Assembly: GCA_044356455.1 (NCBI GenBank) | Contig: JBIKWF010000001.1 | Location: 1 to 64,000 of the forward strand | Direction: 5' to 3' | DNA length: 64,000 bases | Source: Bdellovibrionota bacterium | GTDB lineage: Bacteria > Bdellovibrionota_C > UBA2361 > JBGSMV01 | In this document: in pieces, positions 1 through 9,567 of the stretch | Layout: the number at the start of each line of letters is the position of its first letter | How positions within the stretch are numbered: the first letter of the stretch is position 1 | Notes under the pieces: generated by a model | Databases searched by the model: none | Told to the model about the DNA's origin: nothing | Seen by the model: only the letters and a program-made list of their open reading frames with translations | Made by a program: the position numbers and the translations under genes

Positions 1-18
1 TATTCTAAGATTGGGCGC

Positions 19-795
19 ATGAAAGACGCCGATCTGCCGCTCTTTGAGGCCGCGGTGTGGGTTGCCCAGGAAGAGTATCGTGCCTGTTCGGTCGAGGACA
101 CTCGCGCTGCTATTCGGCAACTTGCGAGCGAAGTTCGGCCTCACCTCACGGGGCCACTCCCGCAGCGCTATGCCAAGTTAGGGGACGCGCTTTTTGACCA
201 TATTGGTTTTCGTGGAAATCGAGAGGACTATTACGATCCACTCAACAGCTACCTCCCTAAGGTCATAGAGCGGCGGCTAGGAATCCCGCTCACGCTTGCC
301 CTCGTGGTGATTGAGGTGGCGAGAGAGTGTGGGCTGCGTGCCGTAGGCGTAGGTTTCCCGGGACATTTTCTTGTGAGGCACGAGGGAGACGAGGAGATTA
401 TTCTTGATCCTTTTACGGGGGTGGTCATTTCGCGAGAGGAGCTTGTCAAACGTGTCGCGGACCCCGCAATAGACGATGACTCGATTGGTCAGCATCTTCA
501 GCAAACCAGCAACAAGGCTGCGCTACTAAGGCTTGTGTCTAACCTTAAGCACGCCTACATGCTGCGCTCTGATTATCCGCGCGCCCTGCGCACATGTGAG
601 ATCTTGTTGGCGCTCGATCCCCTCAATGCGGCTTCGTATCGTGACCGAGGGCTTGTTTTTGAAAAACTTGAAATGTTCCGGCGTGCAGAAACGGACCTTT
701 CTCGTTACCTCCAGCTCTCTCCCTCGGATCGTTTTGCTGCGGCAGTAGAGGAGCACTTGTCGGATCTTAGAGCAAAGCTCTCACTGTTTCACTAA
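19..795 (+). CDS. SirB1-family transglutaminase-like protein with C-terminal TPR
   Basis: Motifs GFRGNREDYYDPLNSYL, RRLGIPLTL, GVGFPGHFL, DPF, then TPR-like RDRGLVF. Confidence 0.85.
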   Translation: MKDADLPLFEAAVWVAQEEYRACSVEDTRAAIRQLASEVRPHLTGPLPQRYAKLGDALFDHIGFRGNREDYYDPLNSYLPKVIERRLGIPLTLALVVIEVARECGLRAVGVGFPGHFLVRHEGDEEIILDPFTGVVISREELVKRVADPAIDDDSIGQHLQQTSNKAALLRLVSNLKHAYMLRSDYPRALRTCEILLALDPLNAASYRDRGLVFEKLEMFRRAETDLSRYLQLSPSDRFAAAVEEHLSDLRAKLSLFH

Positions 796-807
796 AACAG
801 AAGTTCC

Positions 808-949
808 CTAAGGAGTCTCTGAAAAACTCCCACTCCGCGTACTCAGCGTTATTTAAAAACTATTGAATAACGCGGAGGACGCAGAGTACGCGGAGGGAAA
901 ACAGGACAAAAAAAAGTTCGTTTTTCCAGGTTTTTCAGAGTTTCCCTGA
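808..949. mobile_element. MITE-like element, type A hairpin (CGCGGAG units)
   Basis: CTAA-GGAGTCTCTGAAAAA ... TTTTTCAGAGTTTCC-CTGA; internal arms match copies at 26562 and 60882. Confidence 0.8.
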
Positions 950-1025
950 GAAACCTCTGAAAAACCTCGATTCTTACACAGAGGAGGCAGAGCAGCACAG
1001 AAGTGAGTATTTCAGCGCTTCCCTA
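946..1025. mobile_element. Internally deleted MITE-like element (type B), tandem with previous copy
   Basis: CTGA-GAAACCTCTGAAAAACCTCGATTCTTA ... TTTCAGCGCTTCC-CTA; end coincides with the stop codon of the minus-strand gene. Confidence 0.7.
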
Positions 1026-2273
1026 CAGGTAGCGCCCTCGATAGGAAGACAAGATTTCTTGAGCTCTCTTTTTCATTTGAGACTCAAATGAAATGCGGCG
1101 CATATCAATCTTCTTTCGAATCTCGGAATCCTTGAGAAGTCCGCGTATAGAGTTCGGCATGTGTCTAGCGACGCGCTCAAGGGATCCCCCGAGTGAATCA
1201 ATCATGCCCGCGAGGGCGCGGTAGTAGCCTTGTTGGCCGGCAATTTTCTTACAGCCACTCAGGAGCGCGGCGAGCACTTCCGCGCGCTCAACTTCGTTGA
1301 GAAGCTTGGTACTTCCAAGCATAGATCCCCAGTCATCAAGAAAAGGGCCGAGGGGAAGGAGAAGCTGGCGCGATTTTCTCAGAGCGGGAACTCCACGCAG
1401 AGGATAGTGACGATGGCCCTCGGGCGAAAGGATGGCTCGGTAGAGCGCGGCCGCTACTTCAAATGCCCCTCCGTACGCCCCTAGTCTCTTCTTCGTAAAA
1501 TCTTCGAAGCGCTCGCGGTAAGGAGCCTCGGCGGGAACTTCTCGCCAATAGCCGATGCCTTGGTTAAGATCTCCCGTGTTATGGGTAAGAGAGGCCGCAA
1601 GTTGTAGCGCCTGTATTTCCATGCCGCGCTGGCGCGCTACAAATAGAAATTCCTGAGATTCTCGTTCGAGTTCAGCTTCAATCGCGTCCGTGGCCATGGC
1701 TGCATATTCCATGTCTCCATCAGCCAAAAACGTTCCAAGCGAACCCGCGAGGACGCCGAGTTGTTCGCCATTGTGGCCGCTGACGGGGCCCACACCAGAG
1801 TGTTCATTGCAGCGAGTCGACAAGCAGCCTGTGTCCCAGCCCAGTGAATGCCGGACTACTTCGAACATCTCTCGGCGGGCAGCATTCGACGGAGCCGTTA
1901 ACCAGAGAGTTCCACGAATTTTGCTATCGACATCGGTTGGAACGAAGGTTGCCACGGTGGCGTGGTGCGCGGAAAGGCAAAGCGCAAAGTAGTCCACAAA
2001 GACGGCTGTTTCCGAATGTCCGGTCCATGGAAATGTTTCAGCGCCGCGCAGGATATCGATAAACCCAAGGGAAGGCGCCGCACGATTTGCTAACGCTCCA
2101 GGGCCAGGAGAGGGGAGTGGTGGGCTCTCGCGTAGGTCCTGAAAAAGAAAATCTGCGGTGTTGTGAACAAGCGTGAGCAGGTTCTTGGGTCCAATCATGT
2201 CGCGAAAATGGTCCGTGCCCTCTTGAGAGGGGGGACTAGGCGGAGTGCTGTCGGTGTTTGGGAAGTTTGCCAT
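1023..2273 (-). CDS. Hypothetical protein with several His-containing motifs
   Basis: Long ORF; start moved to ATG at 2273 because the track start (2312) lies inside a repeat element; motifs HHATVATFVPTDVD, SGHNGE, HNTGD, GHRHYPLR. Confidence 0.7.
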   Translation of the reverse strand: MANFPNTDSTPPSPPSQEGTDHFRDMIGPKNLLTLVHNTADFLFQDLRESPPLPSPGPGALANRAAPSLGFIDILRGAETFPWTGHSETAVFVDYFALCLSAHHATVATFVPTDVDSKIRGTLWLTAPSNAARREMFEVVRHSLGWDTGCLSTRCNEHSGVGPVSGHNGEQLGVLAGSLGTFLADGDMEYAAMATDAIEAELERESQEFLFVARQRGMEIQALQLAASLTHNTGDLNQGIGYWREVPAEAPYRERFEDFTKKRLGAYGGAFEVAAALYRAILSPEGHRHYPLRGVPALRKSRQLLLPLGPFLDDWGSMLGSTKLLNEVERAEVLAALLSGCKKIAGQQGYYRALAGMIDSLGGSLERVARHMPNSIRGLLKDSEIRKKIDMRRISFESQMKKRAQEILSSYRGRYL

Positions 2274-2286
2274 GGCAATAGTTAAA

Positions 2287-2424
2287 CTAAGGAGCCTCTG
2301 AAAAACCTCCATTCTTACTACACCTCTGTGTACCTTCGTGTCCTCTGTGGTGAATTTCTTGATGAAAATTTCACCACAGAGGGCCCAGAGGTACCCAGAG
2401 GTGGGTTTTTCAGGGGGGCACTAA
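2287..2424. mobile_element. MITE-like element, type B hairpin (CACAGAG units)
   Basis: CTAA-GGAGCCTCTGAAAAA ... TTTTTCAGGGGGGCA-CTAA; closely similar to 47564-47700. Confidence 0.85.
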
Positions 2425-2532
2425 GGAGTCTGTGAAGGGCCTCGATATTTTATATTTTCTCTCTTTGTCCTCTGAGTTCCTAGTGGTTTTTAAAAGTGTG
2501 CAGTAGTCACGGGACACAGCAGAATTTTCCTA
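2421..2532. mobile_element. Degenerate MITE-like element (type C), tandem with previous copy
   Basis: CTAA-GGAGTCTGTGAAGG then CTCGATATTTTAT as in the 41199 copy; ends on the stop codon at 2530-2532. Confidence 0.6.
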
Positions 2533-3474
2533 TGCTGCCACTTTGCTTGCGCGGTTCGAGACCACATTCACAATTACTCGGCCTATCGCACGTTCAAGAA
2601 TTTCCGCCGTTATGGCTTTCCCCTGCAGTTGCCGAACACGAGATTCAAACAAGGCGCTTGTTTGGCAGATCACCACAATATCTTCGATTTCTGCAGGGTT
2701 GTTCACGGCGCTCAGGATTTTATCGCGAGCCTCCTCAAGCGTCAGCCCCGAGAGCAAGAATCCGTCACGCATTGCGGCATTGAGATAAAACAGAGCGACT
2801 TCGGCGAGCATGGTGGTAACGGCTTCGGGCCGAGGCCCCGAAAGGCTCGACCCTTCAGAGACAAAACCAGGGAGCACAAGCTTCACTCCGAAGACGTTAT
2901 CAATGACAGAATCAGGCTCGAAATAGACTGCCGTACCAACTACCTGAACATTACTCATTTGACTTGAGGTTTCTATGAGCGCGTCGAGCTCAGACAAAAC
3001 TTCTTCATCTTCACGTTCGAAGACCAAATCGATGCGAGGCAAGAGAAGCATCACCTTCTCGCGCTCAGATCGGAGAATCAGCTCCTTGGCGCGCACCAGG
3101 GCGTCTGCATTGCGCGCGTTGTACACCGTGATGATGCGCGACATGTGGGCATCCTTTGCGATGCGGTGGGCAAGCGTGCGCTTACCGCTCTGCGGAGGGC
3201 CAAGGATGAGAATCTCATTTCCTAATTTTAGTGATGAGTAAGCGACGGGGTCGCGGGCACGATCGATGAGATCTCCGATTTCAGAAAGCAAGTGATCGAG
3301 GCCGGCTAAATTGACGCGTAAAGTCTCAACCTCTACGTCATCAATGCTCAAGGCGACTTGTTTGCGCCTCTTTCTGAGATCGATAAGGAATTCGATGAGG
3401 ACGGGCACGCTGGCGACTGCGCCAAGAATCGTGGCAAGTAGTACCAGTTGTTCGTTGAGCACTTCAAAATCCAT
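2530..3474 (-). CDS. Membrane-anchored P-loop/AAA-like ATPase (degenerate Walker B)
   Basis: N-terminal hydrophobic helix, Walker A-like ILILGPPQSGKRT, putative Walker B position reads LLLPRID. Confidence 0.65.
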   Translation of the reverse strand: MDFEVLNEQLVLLATILGAVASVPVLIEFLIDLRKRRKQVALSIDDVEVETLRVNLAGLDHLLSEIGDLIDRARDPVAYSSLKLGNEILILGPPQSGKRTLAHRIAKDAHMSRIITVYNARNADALVRAKELILRSEREKVMLLLPRIDLVFEREDEEVLSELDALIETSSQMSNVQVVGTAVYFEPDSVIDNVFGVKLVLPGFVSEGSSLSGPRPEAVTTMLAEVALFYLNAAMRDGFLLSGLTLEEARDKILSAVNNPAEIEDIVVICQTSALFESRVRQLQGKAITAEILERAIGRVIVNVVSNRASKVAA

Positions 3475-3624
3475 AGGCCTGGAGTTCTAGCACAGGAATC
3501 GCAAGTGTAGATATGCCTCAACAATATCAAGTGCATAGATCTTCTCCCGTCCAGGAGCGTGCAGACCGGGAACGGCTGCTTCGCAAACCCTGATTGCTGA
3601 GCTTTAGGGCATCAGGATTTTTTC

Positions 3625-3713
3625 ACCACAAAGGACGCAAGGGACGCAAAGGAATACGTTGAAATTCCTGTTTTTAATTGAGCTTTCTTTGCGTCCTTAG
3701 CGTCCTTTGTGGT
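3625..3713. repeat. REP-like hairpin of 9-nt units (CGCAAAG/CACAAAG) without the MITE termini
   Basis: ACCACAAAGGACGCAAGGGACGCAAAG ... CTTTGCGTCCTTAGCGTCCTTTGTGGT inverted arms. Confidence 0.8.
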
Positions 3714-3851
3714 CCAATAAAATCTTAAGTAATTTTAGCGTTTTATGCCGAACATTCTTGGGCCCTGGCTGAGCTTCTTGTCTCTGAACGAAGTCAATGG
3801 AAGGATATCACGCTGACATATCCTTCTTGAGCTCATCCGGCAGAGTACGAG

Positions 3852-5303
3852 GTGCTTTTTATGAGTCCTTCAGGCGCTGAAACGAATTCCGCAGGAGCGG
3901 GAGTCTCTCCATCCGAATCTCCGAAAGAGGCCGAGGAATCTCGGGCGCGGATTGATTCTGTTTCTCGTTTTATTGCGGTTGCAAAGGACTGGATTCCCCT
4001 CGAAAGAGTGAAGGGGGATGTGAGAGTTACTCCGCGAGGTCTTTTCGTTCACAAAGATAGCCTCGACATTCTCGTTGAGTGTTATCAACGCTGGTTGCAC
4101 AGTATCGCGCCTCAGGCAGAGGAAAAGCAGCCGGCTCGCATAGTAAAGCGCATGTTTGGTACGACAACCCCTGCGCTTTACTACCTTGTTGAGCAAAAGC
4201 GCGCCCTCGTGGGACATTTAATCGCCGCCCCTGTTGCCAACCCTCAGTCACTCGGCCTACCGGTATATCTTGGGAGTCTTGAGGACGGGGCCCAGCAGAT
4301 TCATCCCAAGGATCCGCTGCTTCAGTGTATGCCGCAGCTTAGCGTGAAGCACGCGCCGGAAGGAGTGCAGTTCATTCTCCAGCTTCCTGCCCCCTTAAAA
4401 CGCTTCTCGTCCCTTCAGTTTTCCGCTGACATTGTGAAGTCGTTTGCCCGTCTTGCCGTGCATTCTCGAATTCTAAAAGAAAAGCTTCCTGAGGAGTCCC
4501 CACCTCTTCGAGATGCCCTTAAGTTAATGCTCGAACTTCTGTCAACCGCCAAGCTCGCCAACCCGGACCAGCGCCTCCTCTTGCCTTTTACTAGTGCGAA
4601 GGACAAGACCGCTGAGACGCTTTTTGTGCAGCATCTCTATTGGACCGTGAAGGGTTCTGGGATCATTGGGCGAGTCTTTGAGAGAGAGGGCCCGAATCTT
4701 TCCTTCTTCCTGCGTCAGGAGCTCGCGAATCTTTCCAAAGAAAATAAGTTTGCGCGGATTCGAGATTTTGAAATTGCGCGTCATCGGTCCGACGCGATTG
4801 GCCGCTTTCGGTTTTATGGGAAGGACTACCCGCTGCATAGCCATGCGTTGCTCCAGTTCGTACGAGCCGTAATTCGAACGGCGCCTGAGCCGGAAGCTCC
4901 CCTCAAAGTGATCACTTCGGACGTCAGCTCGTCTCAAGCAAAGGCGCCTGCTTATGATTGGACCAGATTCTCCGTGGTGGACTGTTTAGATCTCTTTTCT
5001 TTACTTCTGCTGAAGGCCGAGCACGTTGACTTCCCCCGTGTGCAGCGTTTTTTACCGCCTGAGCGGCGCGGCAACAATTATCAGTACCGCATGCACGAGC
5101 GCTGGATCTTTGTGCTTGATAGACGCGGTGATGTCATTGATTGTCTGGACAAGCTTTCGGCGAATGCACGTGCTCCCTCAGACTCGAGGGCGAGGTCGCA
5201 TTCTGGCCCAAGGTCATCGTCCGGTCGAGGTGGTCGTGGAAAGTCTAGCCGAGGACGAGGGAATTCTCGGGGTGGGCCTCGGGGCGGAGGCTCTGCAGTT
5301 TGA
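3852..5303 (+). CDS. Hypothetical protein with C-terminal RG/RGG-rich tail
   Basis: 483-aa ORF ending GRGGRGKSSRGRGNSRGGPRGGG; start uncertain. Confidence 0.7.
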   Translation: MLFMSPSGAETNSAGAGVSPSESPKEAEESRARIDSVSRFIAVAKDWIPLERVKGDVRVTPRGLFVHKDSLDILVECYQRWLHSIAPQAEEKQPARIVKRMFGTTTPALYYLVEQKRALVGHLIAAPVANPQSLGLPVYLGSLEDGAQQIHPKDPLLQCMPQLSVKHAPEGVQFILQLPAPLKRFSSLQFSADIVKSFARLAVHSRILKEKLPEESPPLRDALKLMLELLSTAKLANPDQRLLLPFTSAKDKTAETLFVQHLYWTVKGSGIIGRVFEREGPNLSFFLRQELANLSKENKFARIRDFEIARHRSDAIGRFRFYGKDYPLHSHALLQFVRAVIRTAPEPEAPLKVITSDVSSSQAKAPAYDWTRFSVVDCLDLFSLLLLKAEHVDFPRVQRFLPPERRGNNYQYRMHERWIFVLDRRGDVIDCLDKLSANARAPSDSRARSHSGPRSSSGRGGRGKSSRGRGNSRGGPRGGGSAV

Positions 5304-5310
5304 GGCAGGG

Positions 5311-5372
5311 GGACACGCAGGAAAATCAAGACAGAGGAAGTTCAATCTCTGGGTTTCTCAGAGGTTTCCTAA
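5311..5372. mobile_element. Right-end remnant of MITE-like element (type A)
   Basis: ...CAGAGGAAGTTCAATCTCTGGGTTTCTCAGAGGTTTCCTAA resembles the right half of 60882-61011. Confidence 0.5.
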
Positions 5373-5444
5373 TGAGAGCTGCCGCTCCTGCGTGGCTACC
5401 AAGCCTACCGTATGAGCGGTCATGACGTCCTGGAGAGTGGGAAT

Positions 5445-5885
5445 ATGCGAAATAATCAGATTTTTTGTTACGCTCTGCTTAGTTTTTTCCTGCTTGGATG
5501 CGCTGGATTGAAGCATCGGGCGCCGCTGCCGGAGTGCCACGGATTCGCTAAGTACTCATCGAGTGAAATCGAAGAAAGAAAGTCGCTCGCAGCGGCGCAC
5601 CGAGCAGCGTTCAAGGAATACCGAGCTGCGACGAGCACCATGATTCAAAAAAATTGGGCCTGGGTCGGTGCCATTCCCAGCGAGTCTGCCGATGTCTATC
5701 TCTCCATTGATAAAGAGGGAGTTATTCAATGTGCCAAAATTGTAAAATCTTCGGGAAGTCCTGATTTCGACCAGAGTGTGCTTGATGCGGTGACGAAGGT
5801 GAAACGGGTTGCCCCGCCTCCTCCAGAGATTGCGGTCCTTTTCAATGAAGTGCGACTCGCATTCTTTGGCAGCCAGGGGTCTTAA
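5445..5885 (+). CDS. TonB/TolA C-terminal domain lipoprotein
   Basis: Lipobox LLGC; IQKNW...IDKEG...SSGSPDFDQSVLDAV...PPPP typical of TonB_2/TolA-C; ATG 5445 follows GGAGAG. Confidence 0.75.
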   Translation: MRNNQIFCYALLSFFLLGCAGLKHRAPLPECHGFAKYSSSEIEERKSLAAAHRAAFKEYRAATSTMIQKNWAWVGAIPSESADVYLSIDKEGVIQCAKIVKSSGSPDFDQSVLDAVTKVKRVAPPPPEIAVLFNEVRLAFFGSQGS

Positions 5886-6018
5886 GAAACCTCTTCTTTA
5901 CCTTCGCGACCTCGGCGCCCTTCGCGTTATCTTGCAATATATCGCGCTCCCGCAATGTTTGGGTTTAACGCGAAGGACGCGAAGAGCACGAAGGAGGACT
6001 TTTTCAGAGGTTCCTTTA
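5882..6018. mobile_element. MITE-like element, type D hairpin (CGCGAAG units)
   Basis: TTAA-GAAACCTCT ... TTTTTCAGAGGTTCC-TTTA with CTTCGCGTTA/TAACGCGAAG arms; left flank is the upstream gene's TAA. Confidence 0.75.
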
Positions 6019-6125
6019 CAGGTTGTATTTGGATGCTGGTATAAGTGTTGCCCGGTAGCTTCAGACCAGTTGCCCATCTGGAAAGTTCATGGCACCGTCC
6101 TATAGAATCTTTTTAATTTTAAAGG

Positions 6126-6773
6126 ATGGTTATCATGCGAATTAGTAGAGGCCTTTTCCCTTTCGCTAGTGTGTTACTTGGAAGTGCTCTCGCGTTTTCG
6201 AGCGTGGCGCTAGGTGCGCCTACTCCCGTGAAGCTGGATCCTTCGAAGAGCTCAATTGCCTGGGTGGGTAAGAAAGTAACCGGCCAACATCAAGGTACGG
6301 TTGCCATTAAGGGAGGAGAAGCTCTTATCGAGGGAAGCACTCTCGTTGGGGGGACCTTCGAGGTAGATCTTGGCACGATTAAGGTTACCGACATTACGGA
6401 TCCAAAAGATAATCTTAAGCTGACGGACCACCTTAAGAGCGACGACTTCTTTGGGGCGAGCGTACATCCCGTAGCTTTGCTTACGATTACCAAGGCGACG
6501 CCCATCGCTTCTGCCAAAGCAGGAGAGCCTAATTATGAAATCTCGGGAGAGGTGAGCATTAAGGGAATTAAGAATTCTGTGACCTTTCCTGCCGTAGTCT
6601 CAATTGCTGATGGTAAAGCGGAGGCCAAGGCTACCTTCACTCTCGATCGCACCAAGTGGAATGTCAGGTACGGTTCGGGCAAGTTCTTTGAGAACCTTGG
6701 AGATCGTCTGATTTATGATGATTTTGAAGTTTCTCTTGCGGTCGTCGGGACGGTAGAGAGCGCAGCTTCCTAA
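6126..6773 (+). CDS. YceI-family lipid/polyisoprenoid-binding protein
   Basis: Signal peptide, WVGKKVTGQHQG, HLKSDDFF, LDRTKWNVRYGS. Confidence 0.9.
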   Translation: MVIMRISRGLFPFASVLLGSALAFSSVALGAPTPVKLDPSKSSIAWVGKKVTGQHQGTVAIKGGEALIEGSTLVGGTFEVDLGTIKVTDITDPKDNLKLTDHLKSDDFFGASVHPVALLTITKATPIASAKAGEPNYEISGEVSIKGIKNSVTFPAVVSIADGKAEAKATFTLDRTKWNVRYGSGKFFENLGDRLIYDDFEVSLAVVGTVESAAS

Positions 6774-6960
6774 GGCGCATCTCAAGTGACACTTTTGTGT
6801 CCTGTCTCCGCCGAGGCTGCTTCGAGGCTTCACGAGAGTGGGGCCCGGCGCAGCTTCGGCGGCTTGCGGCTTCGCGTTAAAATTCTGCGCAGTATCATGT
6901 AAGGGGATCCATCGGACGTAGATTTTCGCGAAGAAGAAGACCTTTTGTAGTTCTCCTATC
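6770..6960. mobile_element. Probable highly degenerate MITE copy containing a nested second repeat (6801-6870)
   Basis: Starts on CTAA (YceI stop); arm remnants CTTTTGTGTCC and TTCGCGTTA flank a segment similar to the reverse complement of 26605-26661. Confidence 0.4.
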
Positions 6961-7274
6961 TCGGCAGGGACTCAAGGATAGCGGTAAACAGTCCGCCGAC
7001 GGAGAGATCTCCGAGAATCACGAGGTAGAGACAGGCTGCTATCTGAGATCCAAAGAGCATGGTGCCATAAAAGAGCATGGGAAAGGCATACTTCATATAT
7101 CTTCCGTATCGGCAGGAGTGAGAAGGGGCTCAAGGCCGTGGGCCCTGTTGGGCGCTCCTGTTGGGGCTCCATGAAGCAGATTGCGAGTTTTTCTGATTGA
7201 TGGTTCGCTGGTAGGCGGCGGGAAATGAGTAGCGAACCGCTTTTCTTCAGTTCGCGTTCCCTAATCGATTTAAC

Positions 7275-7385
7275 CTTGGGGAGCCCTGAAGAACCCGAAA
7301 GATCGGTAAATGTTCTTTCCCCTTAGTGGTCTCTGTGGTCTTAGTGGTTGTTCTAATAAATCACTAAGTTCGCAGAGAACACGAA
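7275..7385. repeat. Degenerate element, type E arm (CTTAGTG/CACTAAG units)
   Basis: CTTAGTGGTCTCTGTGGTCTTAGTGGTTG, preceded by a TIR-like GGAGCCCTGAAGAA. Confidence 0.6.
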
Positions 7386-7441
7386 TACGAGTTCGCCATT
7401 TCTGCAGCGTGAGTGCCCACTGCCCTTTGATTGAGATTTCT

Positions 7442-8770
7442 ATGGTTCTGTCCCTTTTTGCCTCTTTCCCCCGTGCCTCCTTAAGGTTCCCCCGAAAAAT
7501 TGCCATGCGCTATCTGTGGTCAAAGCGATCAGAAGCGTTCATTACCATCATTACAGTAGTCTCTATTCTTGGCGTAGCCATAGGCGTCATGGTCCTTAAC
7601 ATGGCTATGGCCATAATGACGGGCTTTCAGAGCGAACTTAAGTCCCGGATAGTTGGTGCCAATTCTCACATTCTGATTCGCAGCCTTGATGGACGTATGA
7701 GCGGCTGGCGTGAGGTGGCGAACCGAATTGCAGCAGTCCAGGGAGTAACCTCAGTTTCAGCCTTCACGCAGCATCAAGCTCTGATTAAGAGTGAGAGGCC
7801 CTTTGGCGGCGAGCGTGCGGTAGGTCTCCTGATTCGCGGCATTGAAAAGGGAAGCTCCGCAGCGGGGCAAGTGGGCTCGTACATGAAGCTAACCCCAGAA
7901 GAGGAGCTTCCTCTCTTTAGTCCACCCCCTTTGGTCGTTCATCGCACCGATGGAACTGAGGATGAAGCTACACTGCCTGGAATTATTATTGGGCGTGAGC
8001 TGCAGCGCACTTTAGGGGTTCTTGTAGGAAGTCCCGTCTCTATCTTGTCTCCTCAGGTGACCTCAAGCCCGTTTGGTCTCATGCCTCGCTTTAAGCGTTT
8101 TGTCGTTGCCGGTATTTATCAATCGGGTCTGATCGAGTTTGAAAGTGGTCTTGCCTACGCCAATTTGCCTGATGCGCAGCAATTTTTTGGCATGGGGGAC
8201 GGGGTCTCGGGACTCGAGGTGCGCGTGGCGAACATTGATAGAGCCCCTCAAGTTACGAGTCTCATTATGTCAGATCTCAAGGACCTTGCCGCAGGTCTTT
8301 ATGCCCAAGATTGGACCGAGACAAACCGACCACTCTGGGAGGCGCTCAAATTCGAGAGGCGTGTCTACGCCATTGTACTTCTGCTTATTATCGTGATGGC
8401 GAGTTTCTCGATTGTCACTACGCTCATCATGTTGGTTCTCGAGAAGCGTAAAGACGTGGCAATTTTGCGCACCATGGGCGCGACCTCACAGGCTATTGGG
8501 ACTATTTTCTTTGTGCAGGGCGCTATTATTGGGGCGCTTGGAACTCTGCTTGGGCTGGTGCTGGGGGTGCTCGGGTGTCTTGGTCTTACATGGTATGGGT
8601 TTCCACTCGATGAGCAGATTTTTCAGATGTCGACGGTTCCAGTTCACATGGAGCCGCTTAATTTTATTTTAGTTGGGGCCGTGGCATTTTTGATTTGTTG
8701 CCTCGCCACGCTCTATCCCGCGTGGCGCGCAAGTCAGCTCCATCCGAGCGAGGTCCTGCGGTATGAGTAG
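7442..8770 (+). CDS. lolE: Lipoprotein-releasing ABC transporter permease LolC/E
   Basis: RYL...SILGVAIGV...MTGFQ, EKRKDVAILRTMGA, ATLYPAWRAS; directly upstream of lolD; start moved out of the repeat to ATG 7442. Confidence 0.9.
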   Translation: MVLSLFASFPRASLRFPRKIAMRYLWSKRSEAFITIITVVSILGVAIGVMVLNMAMAIMTGFQSELKSRIVGANSHILIRSLDGRMSGWREVANRIAAVQGVTSVSAFTQHQALIKSERPFGGERAVGLLIRGIEKGSSAAGQVGSYMKLTPEEELPLFSPPPLVVHRTDGTEDEATLPGIIIGRELQRTLGVLVGSPVSILSPQVTSSPFGLMPRFKRFVVAGIYQSGLIEFESGLAYANLPDAQQFFGMGDGVSGLEVRVANIDRAPQVTSLIMSDLKDLAAGLYAQDWTETNRPLWEALKFERRVYAIVLLLIIVMASFSIVTTLIMLVLEKRKDVAILRTMGATSQAIGTIFFVQGAIIGALGTLLGLVLGVLGCLGLTWYGFPLDEQIFQMSTVPVHMEPLNFILVGAVAFLICCLATLYPAWRASQLHPSEVLRYE

Positions 8771-8856
8771 CTAGCGGTAGGGGTAGAGGGGCTCGTGTGA
8801 GAGAGTTTTCGGCTCTCGGTGTTTTTGATTCTCGGTATTTTTTGTGTGGGTGCGGT

Positions 8857-9567
8857 GTGCGACTTAGCTTAAATCACGTCTCGAAAGTCTATCATGATGC
8901 AGGCCGGGAGCTCGCGGTCCTCCGTGAGGTGTCGTTTGAGTTCTCTCCGGGACTTTCCGTTGCGATTCTTGGGCGGTCGGGAATTGGCAAGTCCACGCTT
9001 CTACAGCTGATGGGGGGGCTTGATGAGCCGACTAGTGGCGAAGTGCGCTATGGCTCCTTGTCGCTCACTTCTCTTTCTGAATCCGAGAGAACAGCGTTTC
9101 GCGGTAAGACGGTGGGCTTTATTTTCCAATTCCATCACTTGTTACCGGAGTTCAGTGCGCTTGAGAACGTTGCGATGCCTCTCCTCATAGCGGGAGAGTA
9201 TGAATCCGAAGCTTCCAAGAAAGCTGCCGCATTGCTCCATCGTGTGGGACTTACTGAGCGAATGACTCACCGTCCGGGGCAGCTTTCAGGCGGGGAGCAG
9301 CAGCGTGTGGCTATTGCGCGCGCTCTAGTGGCGTCCCCTGCAGTAATTTTGGCTGATGAGCCGACCGGAAATCTTGACGTCTCTACAGGCAAGGAAGTTC
9401 AAGAGGTATTGCTCTCGATTCAGCGTGAGACGGGGGCGACGCTCATCGTGGTCACCCACAATATAGATTTAGCGAAAAACATGGATACCGTGCTCGAAAT
9501 GCAGCCGGGCGGGGCCTTACGGGTATTTTCTTGGGAAGGCCAGCGCCCCCGGCCATCGGCTACCTAA
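8857..9567 (+). CDS. lolD: Lipoprotein-releasing ABC transporter ATPase
   Basis: [53 protein letters not shown] 8857 likely start. Confidence 0.92.
   Translation: MRLSLNHVSKVYHDAGRELAVLREVSFEFSPGLSVAILGRSGIGKSTLLQLMGGLDEPTSGEVRYGSLSLTSLSESERTAFRGKTVGFIFQFHHLLPEFSALENVAMPLLIAGEYESEASKKAAALLHRVGLTERMTHRPGQLSGGEQQRVAIARALVASPAVILADEPTGNLDVSTGKEVQEVLLSIQRETGATLIVVTHNIDLAKNMDTVLEMQPGGALRVFSWEGQRPRPSAT

Noticed and set aside
7052..7080. 11-bp direct repeat AAAGAGCATGG x2 upstream of lolE
   Set aside because: Only two copies, not noticed elsewhere; cannot be distinguished from chance
7310..7441. Track N-terminal extensions of lolE (also ORFs at 2312, 40108, 55188, 25778)
   Set aside because: They lie in repeats, intergenic DNA or the previous gene; downstream starts fit family N-termini better
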